A stretch of DNA of 64,000 bases from contig CBFHOE010000007.1 in assembly GCA_965657355.1 (NCBI GenBank), positions 64,001 to 128,000 on the forward strand, given 5' to 3'. The notes beneath the pieces are model-generated. The model searched no databases and was not told the DNA's origin. It worked only from the letters and a program-made list of their open reading frames with translations. The DNA is from Limisphaerales bacterium (lineage in GTDB: Bacteria > Verrucomicrobiota > Verrucomicrobiia > Limisphaerales > JAJOIW01). Shown here piece after piece: positions 49,581 to 58,796 of the stretch; position 1 is the stretch's first letter; every line of letters starts with the position of its first letter. Made by a program: the position numbers and the translations under genes.

Positions 49581-51140
49581 CTATTTTGCGTGCCATTCAA
49601 AAAATTTTCTAAGTAGATTCAAAACCTTTGGTGTTACTGCAGATTTTTTATATTGATCGCCCAATTGTCGGATGGCTTCTCCTTGTGTTGGGTAGGGATG
49701 AATTGTTGCCGCTAACTTTTTTAGTCCAATACGATGTGTCATCGCCATAGTCAGATGTGAAATAAAATCACCCGCATTTTTTCCGACTACGGTTGCCCCG
49801 AGAATTTTATCTGACCCTTTTTTATGATGGACACGCACAAAGCCCTCAACCTCCCCTTCAAGAATGGAACGATGAATCTCACAAAAATTTTTAGTGATTG
49901 AAGAAATTTCGATTCCCATACTTTGAGCTTCTTCTGGATAGATTCCAACATGAGCAAGCTCGGGATCAGTATATGTGGCCCACGGAATGATTAAATTACT
50001 TAAGCGTGACCTACCGAAAAATAAAGCATTCGCAATCACTGTCCGCGCCATAAAATCAGCAGAGTGGGTAAATTTATACCGTGAACAAACATCTCCAGCA
50101 GCGTATATATTTTTGTTTGAAGTCTGTAATTTATCATTAACTGCAATTCCATTTTTAAGATCGTATTCGACCCATGCATTTTCCAATCCAATACCGTCAA
50201 CGTTGGGAGCTCTTCCAGCTGCTATCAAAAGTTTGTCTATAATACCTTCCTCTGGCTCGCCACCAGAGGAGTGGAAAAATTTTACTTGTTTATTATCAGC
50301 ATTAAACTTGAGGTTGTTCACGCTTAGCCGAACGTCGACACCATCGTTAACAAGAGATTTCTGCACAATAAGAGCCGCATCTTTTTCTTCTCTATTTAGA
50401 ATATGACTAGACTTCTCGAATAAAGTAACTCCAGAACCAAATCGAGCGAATGTTTGAGCCATTTCAGCACCTATGGGCCCTCCACCGACGATTCCTAATT
50501 TCTTAGGGAGCTCAGTCATTGAAAATAGATTTTCATTTGTCAGGTAATCCACTTCTTCAAGACCTGGAATAATTGGCGCGGAGGCTCTAGCTCCAGTAGC
50601 GATCACTGCTTTTTTAAATCTCAGAATTTTATCACCAACAGAAATTCTTTTTCCGTCTACGAAATGAGCATGTCCGAAAAATAGATCCACACCAAGTGAC
50701 TTAAATCGCTCTGCCGAGTCATCCACGCTGATATCAGATCGAAGTCTTCTCATCCTTTCCATAACCTTAGAAAAATTTATGGAGGAGTCATCCGATACTT
50801 TAACACCGAATCGCTTAGATTTTTGGACTTGAGCAAAATTACGAGCAGCTGCAACAATTGCCTTGGAAGGAACACATCCAACATTCAAACAGTCCCCCCC
50901 CATCTTCTCTCTTTCAATCAATGCCACACTGGCGCCTAATCCAGCAGCAACGGCTGCTGTAACAAGCCCGGCCGTCCCGGCACCAATAACCACCAAATTA
51001 TAGACCTTCGAGGGTTCTGGGTTTTCCCAATCGCGAGGGCAAACACGCCCCTCTAGAACCGGATCATAAAAGCCTTCTGATTGAGACATAATTGAATCAC
51101 TTTTATTTGCCTGATTCACTGTAGAAGTTTTATTAGTCAT
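49581..51140 (-). CDS. Pyridine nucleotide-disulfide oxidoreductase (MerA/LpdA-like, lacking the MerA C-terminal Cys pair)
   Basis: GAGTAG, GGDCLNVGCVPSK, GGGPIG, YAAGD, HPYPTQGE. Confidence 0.9.
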   Translation of the reverse strand: MTNKTSTVNQANKSDSIMSQSEGFYDPVLEGRVCPRDWENPEPSKVYNLVVIGAGTAGLVTAAVAAGLGASVALIEREKMGGDCLNVGCVPSKAIVAAARNFAQVQKSKRFGVKVSDDSSINFSKVMERMRRLRSDISVDDSAERFKSLGVDLFFGHAHFVDGKRISVGDKILRFKKAVIATGARASAPIIPGLEEVDYLTNENLFSMTELPKKLGIVGGGPIGAEMAQTFARFGSGVTLFEKSSHILNREEKDAALIVQKSLVNDGVDVRLSVNNLKFNADNKQVKFFHSSGGEPEEGIIDKLLIAAGRAPNVDGIGLENAWVEYDLKNGIAVNDKLQTSNKNIYAAGDVCSRYKFTHSADFMARTVIANALFFGRSRLSNLIIPWATYTDPELAHVGIYPEEAQSMGIEISSITKNFCEIHRSILEGEVEGFVRVHHKKGSDKILGATVVGKNAGDFISHLTMAMTHRIGLKKLAATIHPYPTQGEAIRQLGDQYKKSAVTPKVLNLLRKFFEWHAK

Positions 51141-51158
51141 GACAAAGGAGGTTAAGAA

Positions 51159-51869
51159 TCAGCCTTTTTTGAGCCTAGTCTCGACAAAGGATGCTCCCCT
51201 CTTTGCCATAATCGGGAATAACCCGAGTAGGACAAACCCGATAATCATGGAAGGTGATAAGATTTCTGAAGTTCCCTTTTCTGCAAGTTCCTTTAGGCTG
51301 GGCACTCCTGCTCCAGCTAATACTATGATAGCTGTGGCTGGAAACATTCCCAACTGACTAACCCACCAGAATGTCCAAATTTTTATTTTTGAAATCCCCA
51401 TCAGCAAGTTTATGACGAAAAATGGAATGAGAGGTATAATGCGCATACTGAAAAGATAATAAGATCCCTCTTGGTTAAATTTCTCTTGAACAAATTGGGC
51501 CTTGTCACTGAATTTCCTCTCTACCATCCCTTTTAAAATATAACGACTGAGAAGAAATGCTGCAGTAGCCCCTGTTGTCGAGCCAAAACTTACAATAAGA
51601 AGAGCTAACCAAAACTTGAAATACCATCCATAGACCAACGTAAGAATCAGAGCTCCAGGCAGAGATAACCCAGTGAGTAGGCTATAAAGGAAGTAGGCAA
51701 AAAAAGGAATCCAAACCCCATACTTGGTTTTTAATGCCATAATATGAGATTCCTTCTCAGCCAATAAATTGAGATCCAATAAGTGCCCGAACCTCCACAA
51801 AATAAAAGTAACGAGCGAAAATAAAATGAAAATGACGGAAACCTTTCTAATATTCATAGACTGCATCAA
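51159..51869 (-). CDS. TVP38/TMEM64 (DedA superfamily) membrane protein
   Basis: 'LSLPGALILTLVYGWYF', 'GATAAFLLSRY', 'MRIIPLIPFFVINLLMG', 'SQLGMFPAT'. Confidence 0.92.
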   Translation of the reverse strand: MMQSMNIRKVSVIFILFSLVTFILWRFGHLLDLNLLAEKESHIMALKTKYGVWIPFFAYFLYSLLTGLSLPGALILTLVYGWYFKFWLALLIVSFGSTTGATAAFLLSRYILKGMVERKFSDKAQFVQEKFNQEGSYYLFSMRIIPLIPFFVINLLMGISKIKIWTFWWVSQLGMFPATAIIVLAGAGVPSLKELAEKGTSEILSPSMIIGFVLLGLFPIMAKRGASFVETRLKKG

Positions 51870-52343
51870 AAAAACCCACTGATCATTAAGAATCTATTTT
51901 AACCTTCATTTCAAGAAATCCATTTTCCTTTGTTTTTTGATAGGCTGCAGGATTCACATTCCAATGATTCAAGCCCGATTTCGTCTTGCCAGCCAAAACA
52001 AGCTATGCCCTATTACAGGACACTTAGACATTGAATTTCAACAGATCTAGCAAAAAAATCAGAAATCGGCTGATTATTACCAGTCGCCATTCCAAGAAAT
52101 TTTCTGGGGGATATTGGAATGAAAATTGTTGTAATACAACAATTTAGGAAGAAACCAACTAGTAAAAACAGGCCACCCAAGCTCAATATACAAGCACAAC
52201 CAAGCATCCAAAAAATTAAAAATCGTCCCAAAATTGGAATTACTCGCTAAGTTTTAGCCAAATAAGTCGATGCAAGGAAGTAGATCGTGAGAAGAGTGGT
52301 TTAAAGCCATTCAAATTCAAATTCAAATTAATAAAGCCAGAAA

Positions 52344-52598
52344 ATGACGAACCGAAACAATATAGATCTGGATTACTTACTCAACAATCGCGTGCCGAAG
52401 AAAATGGAAACTGTAAAAGAACGCAGTAAAAGGCACTTTTATGGCCAAGATTGCCTACTTCCCAATAGAATGGACATTTTAACTTGGACAATTGTTTTTT
52501 TAGGAATAATCTTGGGATGTTGTTTATTAAATTCTGAAACTTTGAATTCAACAAATATTAAATTCGAGAGAAACATCGCGGCTGAAGAGAGTGTCTAA
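52344..52598 (+). CDS. Small hypothetical membrane protein
   Basis: ATG start after an A-rich leader, one TM segment; no recognisable family. Confidence 0.35.
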   Translation: MTNRNNIDLDYLLNNRVPKKMETVKERSKRHFYGQDCLLPNRMDILTWTIVFLGIILGCCLLNSETLNSTNIKFERNIAAEESV

Positions 52599-52734
52599 TG
52601 TTTATTGCCAGTTTAAATTTCTTCCAGTTCGATTAAAGTAATCTCCAACCAACTATATCGAACAAGATTCAACTAAATCAGCCTGCTTTACAGCAGGCTG
52701 ATTTTCTTTATTTTGGGAGGAGATAAAACCTTAA

Positions 52735-54804
52735 GTGATAAGATATTTCTATAATATATGGATTTTATTCGTAATGTGCTTCCCAGAATACGCTGGGGCA
52801 CAGTTGGACCATGCGGTCCTCGGGAACTCCTTAAGCGTTGAGAAATTAAAAATAAGCGAGTTTGAAATAGAAAACATAAAAATAGAACAGGACACAGAAT
52901 TAGGCTCAACTATTCTTTATTTTTCAGACTCCGTTTTTCAAATGGCCAATGTTATTTCCGGGATTATAAATGGGCACTCGAAATCATATCGTTCCAAAGA
53001 TTCTGAAATATCAATATCAGGCGATATCATACTAAAAGCATTGCCAGAAAAATTCACAAACCCGACGAGCTTCTGGCTCTCTGTAAAAAAACACACCGGA
53101 GAAAGTCACGCACAAGGTGTCCTGAAAGCCAACGAAACCAGCAAAATTAAAGGGAAGCCCATGCTCGAAATTCAATTTTCAGCGACTTCAAAACACCCAG
53201 GAGAAATTAGCGCAAAGGGCATGATAATAAGCCGAAGAATTCCTTTGATAAAAACCATGCCCGGCATTGAGAAGCTGGCTTATTCTCTTCAGGTTATTGA
53301 CAGAGAACTGGTCATCAATTTGTCACCCGTGCCAAAAGAAAGTTTTGATGCTTTACCTTTTTTTTCAAACCTAAAAATAAGGGTAAATCCTTTTACCCCG
53401 CTGACGTGGGCTGCAATGGAGAGTCAGAAAATTAATTTTGAAATTAATTTTGATGAATTGAATCTGGACGAGATTGGCTACATCCAAAGGTTAGATCTTG
53501 CTTTTGAAGCAAACAGCATAGAAACAATAAATCAATTTCGTCCTCAAAATAATGACCTCTCTTACTTACTTAAGAAGCTATTAAATTTGGATGATTCTCT
53601 CGATATGCCTCGAATTTCAATTCGATCAAGAGATGGTTTTTTATACTCTCCATTTATTAGTTATGAAACACTGAGTGCTGAATTCTCCCCCTCTAAATCG
53701 CTTCTGGTTGAAACCGAAGGCTTTAGATACAACTCCGAAGAATTTGGAAAAGTCTCTTTATCTATTCTAAATGAAGGTTTTGAATCCTCTAAAATCGAAA
53801 TATTTACTCAAAGCGACAATTCTCGTATCCACTTGAGTTCGCCAATACAATTTGGTCATCGTACAAATCAAAATCACGAGTCGTTCATTTTATCAAACGT
53901 ATCGAGTTCATTGACGCTGGAGAACTCTGAGCTTTTGAACATTATACCATCAACCCTTCCAATTAATAAGGTGAGCGGCAATTTAAACTCAAAAGGAAAG
54001 ATTGCATTCAACTTAGAGAACAATAAGCCTTCAGTTACCATAATGGAATTGGATATTTCTCTCCTTTTCGAGTCCATTTATATGGAAGCACTTGGTCTGT
54101 CATTTCTCAATGTTCGTTCCGAGGGTAAACTGGACATGCTTAATAAAAATCACTTTAGGATTAATGGAAGCACTCACATGAGTGAAGCTTCAATCTCCGA
54201 TGTCGTCCTCAAAGACTCTGAAATTGAAATATACCATAACGAAAAAGGTCCGTTCATGACTCTTAGAAAAAGTCATCTTTTTGATGGACGAATAGATTCT
54301 TCTCCTATTTTTCTTGGTAATCTACCTGACAAACTCGCTTTTCACTTAAATATAAACGAACTTAATTCTGGAAAAGTTGCTAATTTAGTAAAAAGTTTCG
54401 AAGGCAATTTGAAGGCCAAAATTGACGGTCAATTAGCAGCCATAATAGAAGACAATCAGATCAAGTTTCAATATGGTGCTTTTAGATTGAATAATTCTGT
54501 CACCCCAAGACTCGAATGGATAACCGATGGTTTATTGACAGGTGGCATGCTTCCTAGAGGATTTGCCTACAGAAAGATGAAAAAAACTGAAGACGCTATT
54601 AGCAATTTGTCTCTCAATAAACTTAATATTTTAATTTCTTCAATGAATATTGAAGAATCTTTGATACAAGTTAACATCCATGGCAATCCAGTTGATCGAA
54701 AGATAAAAAACCCTGTGATATTAGATTTTAATTTTGCTGGCAATTGGCAAAAATTAGCCGACTATTTCCTGCCTGGATCCGAAATATCCGTTAATCAAGA
54801 ATGA
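52735..54804 (+). CDS. ydbH: YdbH-like (AsmA-superfamily) intermembrane lipid transport protein
   Basis: Beta-rich; C-terminal 'LFDGRI...IDGQL...DAISNLSLNKL...IHGNP...PVILDFNFAGN'; followed by ynbE and ydbL. Start position uncertain. Confidence 0.7.
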   Translation: MIRYFYNIWILFVMCFPEYAGAQLDHAVLGNSLSVEKLKISEFEIENIKIEQDTELGSTILYFSDSVFQMANVISGIINGHSKSYRSKDSEISISGDIILKALPEKFTNPTSFWLSVKKHTGESHAQGVLKANETSKIKGKPMLEIQFSATSKHPGEISAKGMIISRRIPLIKTMPGIEKLAYSLQVIDRELVINLSPVPKESFDALPFFSNLKIRVNPFTPLTWAAMESQKINFEINFDELNLDEIGYIQRLDLAFEANSIETINQFRPQNNDLSYLLKKLLNLDDSLDMPRISIRSRDGFLYSPFISYETLSAEFSPSKSLLVETEGFRYNSEEFGKVSLSILNEGFESSKIEIFTQSDNSRIHLSSPIQFGHRTNQNHESFILSNVSSSLTLENSELLNIIPSTLPINKVSGNLNSKGKIAFNLENNKPSVTIMELDISLLFESIYMEALGLSFLNVRSEGKLDMLNKNHFRINGSTHMSEASISDVVLKDSEIEIYHNEKGPFMTLRKSHLFDGRIDSSPIFLGNLPDKLAFHLNINELNSGKVANLVKSFEGNLKAKIDGQLAAIIEDNQIKFQYGAFRLNNSVTPRLEWITDGLLTGGMLPRGFAYRKMKKTEDAISNLSLNKLNILISSMNIEESLIQVNIHGNPVDRKIKNPVILDFNFAGNWQKLADYFLPGSEISVNQE

Positions 54805-54814
54805 ACATAAAGCT

Positions 54815-55009
54815 ATGATTAATTTTATTTTTTCACTACTCCTATTGGCTTTCCTAGCATGCCTTACCGGTTGCGTTTCAATCAAATTGGACCCTATCCA
54901 TGTTACTATAGATCATACAATTAGAATCGAGAAAGAGGTTGAGGACTTCTTTAGCGATCTCGATGACGCCTCGACACTTACCATTGAAAACAACAACAAC
55001 AATGAATAA
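54815..55009 (+). CDS. ynbE: YnbE-like lipoprotein
   Basis: Lipobox LTGC; 'PIHVTIDHTIRIEKEVEDFF'. Confidence 0.8.
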   Translation: MINFIFSLLLLAFLACLTGCVSIKLDPIHVTIDHTIRIEKEVEDFFSDLDDASTLTIENNNNNE

Positions 55010-55478
55010 TATATCGAAATACGTGACTTCGACCATGACGAAAAAGCTTAATTTTCAATGCCTAATGCTGCTTATGGCAGTACTTGTATTTGCGCCAAAT
55101 CTTACAGCTCAATCACAAAAAATTACCTCCAAATACAATGACAGTTACTCCGAAAAAGAAATCCTCATAAAAAAGAGGATGCTTAAGAGGTTAAAGGAGA
55201 TCGATAAATTAAAACTTAAAAGCATCATCGGTGAAAACAATAAAGGATACTTACAAGCCACACCTCCATTTGCAAAAAAGCTTACAAAGAAGCAGACCAC
55301 TCTAGTCAAAGACGAGAACAAAGACAGAAAAGAAATTTATCAAATCATATCGAAACGCACTGGATCCCATACGACACTGCAGAAAGTTCAAGCTATAAGA
55401 GCCGAAATGATTCGCAAGAAATCAAAAAAGAGTCTCTGGCTACAGGATGTAAAAGGTAAGTGGTTCAGAAAAAAATAA
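55002..55478 (+). CDS. ydbL: YdbL/DUF1318 family protein
   Basis: 'IIGENNKGYL...LVKDENKDRKEIYQIIS...WLQDVKGKWFRK'. Start is the ATG at 55002 or 55035. Confidence 0.85.
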   Translation: MNNISKYVTSTMTKKLNFQCLMLLMAVLVFAPNLTAQSQKITSKYNDSYSEKEILIKKRMLKRLKEIDKLKLKSIIGENNKGYLQATPPFAKKLTKKQTTLVKDENKDRKEIYQIISKRTGSHTTLQKVQAIRAEMIRKKSKKSLWLQDVKGKWFRKK

Positions 55479-55764
55479 AACCTAACATATATCTGATTGG
55501 CTTGCTAGTCACCCGCTTTACAGAAACGACATCACATGACTAGAAAGTAGGATGGCTTTTAGCTAAATAAACTCGCACATATGCTTGTTTTTAAATATCA
55601 AATTTTTGGGCTCAATCGGAATTATGTGAGAATAATTACTCCAAAGAATTCGTATCAAAGAGTTCTTATTATCTAGTCCTCTCGTGCCAATTTTACACTC
55701 ATAGCTTTTGGGATCCTCTGGACTACGTGACTACAGATGGCCTCATTATTCGTTTGGTCGTCAA

Positions 55765-57018
55765 TCAATTATTGAGGCGGTTGGTGTAGTAAGCCAGTCT
55801 TTGATCTTTTGTCATCTTACCGAAATCTGGAAGACCATCCGTCTTTTTGGGCCAATTGTGATTCGAGTCGTTGTCGCCAATCATGGCTTGCTTTTTGTAG
55901 CCAGGCTCTTTCAATACAGTAATTTTTGACTTGGACACATTTGTAGAATCGTATGACATAGCTTGGTTGGTTATGGTCAAATCCTCGTCCAATGGCCTAT
56001 GGGGCCTAATATTTTTTTTCTCAAGTACTGAATGGTATGCACAGACAGCTTCTTCTGCCTTAATTTGGCCATCTGCAATAAGCCTTAAAAATTTTATGAA
56101 TGCCAACTGGTGTTCAGCGTTATTAATTTTTCTGCCATACAGTGCGACCCTAGCTCCATGCTTTCTAGCATCCTGGAGCATTTTAAAGGCATCAAGTGTC
56201 GTTCCTGCGCTGCCGCCTAAAATACCAACAATAAGACTGGGATCATATTGACAAAGCTCTTCCATTGCACGAGGCCCGTGATAAACAATCTTCAAAAAAT
56301 CAGGGCGCCCAGCGTCTGTTACCCCTGCGAGAGTCCTTAAAATCGAGTCGTTAATAAATTCACCCATCTTCTCGGGGGCAACGCCGCTATTAATGTTGGG
56401 ATCAAAGACCTCTAGAAAGTATCTAAATTTCTTTCTTTCAGCCTCCTCTCTGAAACATTTAAAGCTATGTAAGGTTTTCCAATCCTGATCCAAGTCATTC
56501 AAGAAAGTGACTGAGTATAAGCCCAAGTTGGCACCGGGAATGGAAGTCACATCTGTTGTATTACATTCGGATTCCCCACATTGTATGTGATCAATTGAAG
56601 CTGATCGAAATGGTCTTGCCGGCTCGCCAAGGTACCTTCCATGACGAACAGCCCAAACGTCAGTGGCGTCATTAGCTCTTGCTGCTGGGGTTATTGGAGA
56701 TTGGTTAAAAAGCCCCTCTTTGATGGTCAGCTGTTCATTAACAGAAGCCGACATTAGGACAATGTCAACAACTTCTTGGTGTATGACCTCTCGGATAATA
56801 TCCAAGTATTCCGGAAGATTTCGATAACCGAATTCGCCCCTGGTCCAGACCTCTGGAGAAAATATAGCTTTTCTTTCTCCTTTCGTGGAAAGGTAAGAAC
56901 GCTTTCCAGTAGCAGAAACACCAAAAGCCATATCGGCATCCTTGGCGTCCGCAAGTATAAAGCAGTCTGATTGTGGATTCTCCTTGAGTTTCCTCAGTTT
57001 TTCATCAAGGGATTTCAT
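55765..57018 (-). CDS. Conserved hypothetical TIM-barrel protein, class I aldolase-like, at the end of the BMC operon
   Basis: 'FILADAKDADMAFG', 'FLEVF', 'DFLKIVY', 'ILGG', 'ALYGRKI' resemble DhnA/LsrF-type Schiff-base aldolase motifs. Confidence 0.6.
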   Translation of the reverse strand: MKSLDEKLRKLKENPQSDCFILADAKDADMAFGVSATGKRSYLSTKGERKAIFSPEVWTRGEFGYRNLPEYLDIIREVIHQEVVDIVLMSASVNEQLTIKEGLFNQSPITPAARANDATDVWAVRHGRYLGEPARPFRSASIDHIQCGESECNTTDVTSIPGANLGLYSVTFLNDLDQDWKTLHSFKCFREEAERKKFRYFLEVFDPNINSGVAPEKMGEFINDSILRTLAGVTDAGRPDFLKIVYHGPRAMEELCQYDPSLIVGILGGSAGTTLDAFKMLQDARKHGARVALYGRKINNAEHQLAFIKFLRLIADGQIKAEEAVCAYHSVLEKKNIRPHRPLDEDLTITNQAMSYDSTNVSKSKITVLKEPGYKKQAMIGDNDSNHNWPKKTDGLPDFGKMTKDQRLAYYTNRLNN

Positions 57019-57065
57019 TCCACAATCCTCAATTATTTAAATTGGCAAAAGTAATGAGAAATTGA

Positions 57066-58196
57066 CTACTGGCTAGAAAGGATTTGATCAGTAATAGTTT
57101 GGACAAGTTTTTCCAATTCAGGATCAGTGGATGTCCCATTTTGGTCTTGCTGAGCATCTGTTTGCTGATTGTTTGCAGGTGTGGCACAAACAACACCTGG
57201 TGACCACTCACTGTTGTCACAAAGCTCACATTCTTTCAAATTTTGACGAGGATCAGGGATTCCCAAACCTTGTTTGATATTTAATAAATCCTTGAGATGT
57301 GATGGTGAGAAAGTTTCCATTTTTGTGCCAAGTTGCGAAGCTACCCAGACCGTTCTACAGTATGCTTCTACGATCTCCATTTTAAAATATGCATCCTCGA
57401 CATTTAAATGACTCCAGCTCACAACCCCGTGATTGGCCATTAAAACAGTGTTATGATCCTGCACAAGATCAGAAACGAGCTTTCCCATTTCGGGAGTACC
57501 AGGAGTTCTATAAGGAGCTATGGGAACTTTCCCGATGAAAACTTCGATTTCGGGAATCATACAAGTGGGCGGCTCAACACCAGCAACAGCAAAAGCAGTC
57601 GAATGAGGGGGATGGCAATGAACGGTCGCCTTGGCTTTAGGCTGTTTTTTCATAATTTGAAGGTGCATCAAGATTTCACTAGTCCTCTTCTTCTTACCAG
57701 CTACCTGATTCCCATCCAAATCAACCAAACATAAATCTTCCGGTTTCATAAACCCCTTTGAAACAAGTGTCGGGGTACAAAGGGCCAAGTCATTACCCAC
57801 CCTAATAGCAATGTTACCACCATTACCGTCAACGTAAGCTCTGGACCATAAGCGACGCCCAACATCACAAATTTGTTCTTTGAGCTCATGCATCTGTGGA
57901 GAATTGAAGAACTCCTCTAATTTATCTGGCGGACTATCTTTGGTAAAATGGATAAAATCTTTACCAAGATTTTCCAATCCGGGAATGGAGGACTTTTTGG
58001 TCGCTGGTGCCGATGAGGCCTGGCATCCGGATGATCCACCGATTTTATGAGGTCTCTCTGAGGGCAATTCTAGATTGTGATCCCTGAGCACGTCTCGAGC
58101 CGACGGCGTTAAAATAGCGTCAGAGGAAATACCACTGACTCCTTGCCCAGATTTTAAAATACTTAGAATGTCGTTTGAACTTAATACCTGTTTCAT
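57066..58196 (-). CDS. Class II aldolase (fuculose/rhamnulose-1-phosphate type), PVM signature enzyme
   Basis: GNGGNI, TPT, TSEILMH, HCHP, LMANHG; C-terminal encapsulation peptide DPELEKLVQTITDQIL. Confidence 0.92.
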   Translation of the reverse strand: MKQVLSSNDILSILKSGQGVSGISSDAILTPSARDVLRDHNLELPSERPHKIGGSSGCQASSAPATKKSSIPGLENLGKDFIHFTKDSPPDKLEEFFNSPQMHELKEQICDVGRRLWSRAYVDGNGGNIAIRVGNDLALCTPTLVSKGFMKPEDLCLVDLDGNQVAGKKKRTSEILMHLQIMKKQPKAKATVHCHPPHSTAFAVAGVEPPTCMIPEIEVFIGKVPIAPYRTPGTPEMGKLVSDLVQDHNTVLMANHGVVSWSHLNVEDAYFKMEIVEAYCRTVWVASQLGTKMETFSPSHLKDLLNIKQGLGIPDPRQNLKECELCDNSEWSPGVVCATPANNQQTDAQQDQNGTSTDPELEKLVQTITDQILSSQ

Positions 58197-58492
58197 TCTT
58201 TTGGTGAGTAAAAAACTTTATCTATGAGTGCTGCATTGATGGCATCAATTGGCGGGGGGTTTTTGAAAGCTGAAGCCGCTTCACGTCCTTCTATGTAACC
58301 AATTATTTCGTCAACTGAACCTCCGATATTGTCATATACGACGAGGGATGGCTCCGGACTTAAACCGGATTGCTCCAACCCTTCATTATACTGTTCTTTT
58401 GAACAAGGACTGACAATTAACCACCTAGCACCTTCAAGGCCGTTAGTTGTCGCGGACAAAGTGACGCGCCCAATGACTTTACCTAGTTTCAA
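58193..58492 (-). CDS. BMC-P vertex protein (EutN/CcmL family)
   Basis: 'MKLGKVIGRVT...VVYDNIG...EGREA...PIDAINAALID'. Confidence 0.88.
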   Translation of the reverse strand: MKLGKVIGRVTLSATTNGLEGARWLIVSPCSKEQYNEGLEQSGLSPEPSLVVYDNIGGSVDEIIGYIEGREAASAFKNPPPIDAINAALIDKVFYSPKE

Positions 58493-58494
58493 AT

Positions 58495-58788
58495 TTAGTT
58501 TCCGTTGTCAGTTTTACTTTCAAATATTTTAGGGTCATCAACAATCCCGAGGATCATCATCCTCGCTGGGCTGAAATTATCTCCTACAGCCTTCCGTGCG
58601 GCAATGCCGTCCGATGTTATAATGACCTTTTGATGCATACCTGCACCGTGAGAATCCAAAGCAATCAAAGGCACGCCTTCGGCGTCGCCCAATGCATTCA
58701 AGGGTTGACATATTACGAGCCTCCATCCCTCAAAACTGGGATGTTTCCTCGTCGATATGACACTTCCTTCAACGCGTGCATATTGCAT
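58495..58788 (-). CDS. BMC-P vertex protein (EutN/CcmL family)
   Basis: 'MQYARVEGSVISTRKH...ALDSHGAG...DGIAAR...ILGIVD'. Confidence 0.93.
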   Translation of the reverse strand: MQYARVEGSVISTRKHPSFEGWRLVICQPLNALGDAEGVPLIALDSHGAGMHQKVIITSDGIAARKAVGDNFSPARMMILGIVDDPKIFESKTDNGN

Positions 58789-58796
58789 TGATACGA

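Noticed and set aside
52013..52231. Hydrophobic 72-aa minus-strand ORF
   Set aside because: TTG start, no recognisable family, and the hydrophobicity is explained by T-rich composition.
54988..55003. (AAC)n microsatellite as a phase-variation site
   Set aside because: Only about four in-frame triplet units encoding an Asn run at the end of YnbE; slippage would not shift the frame.
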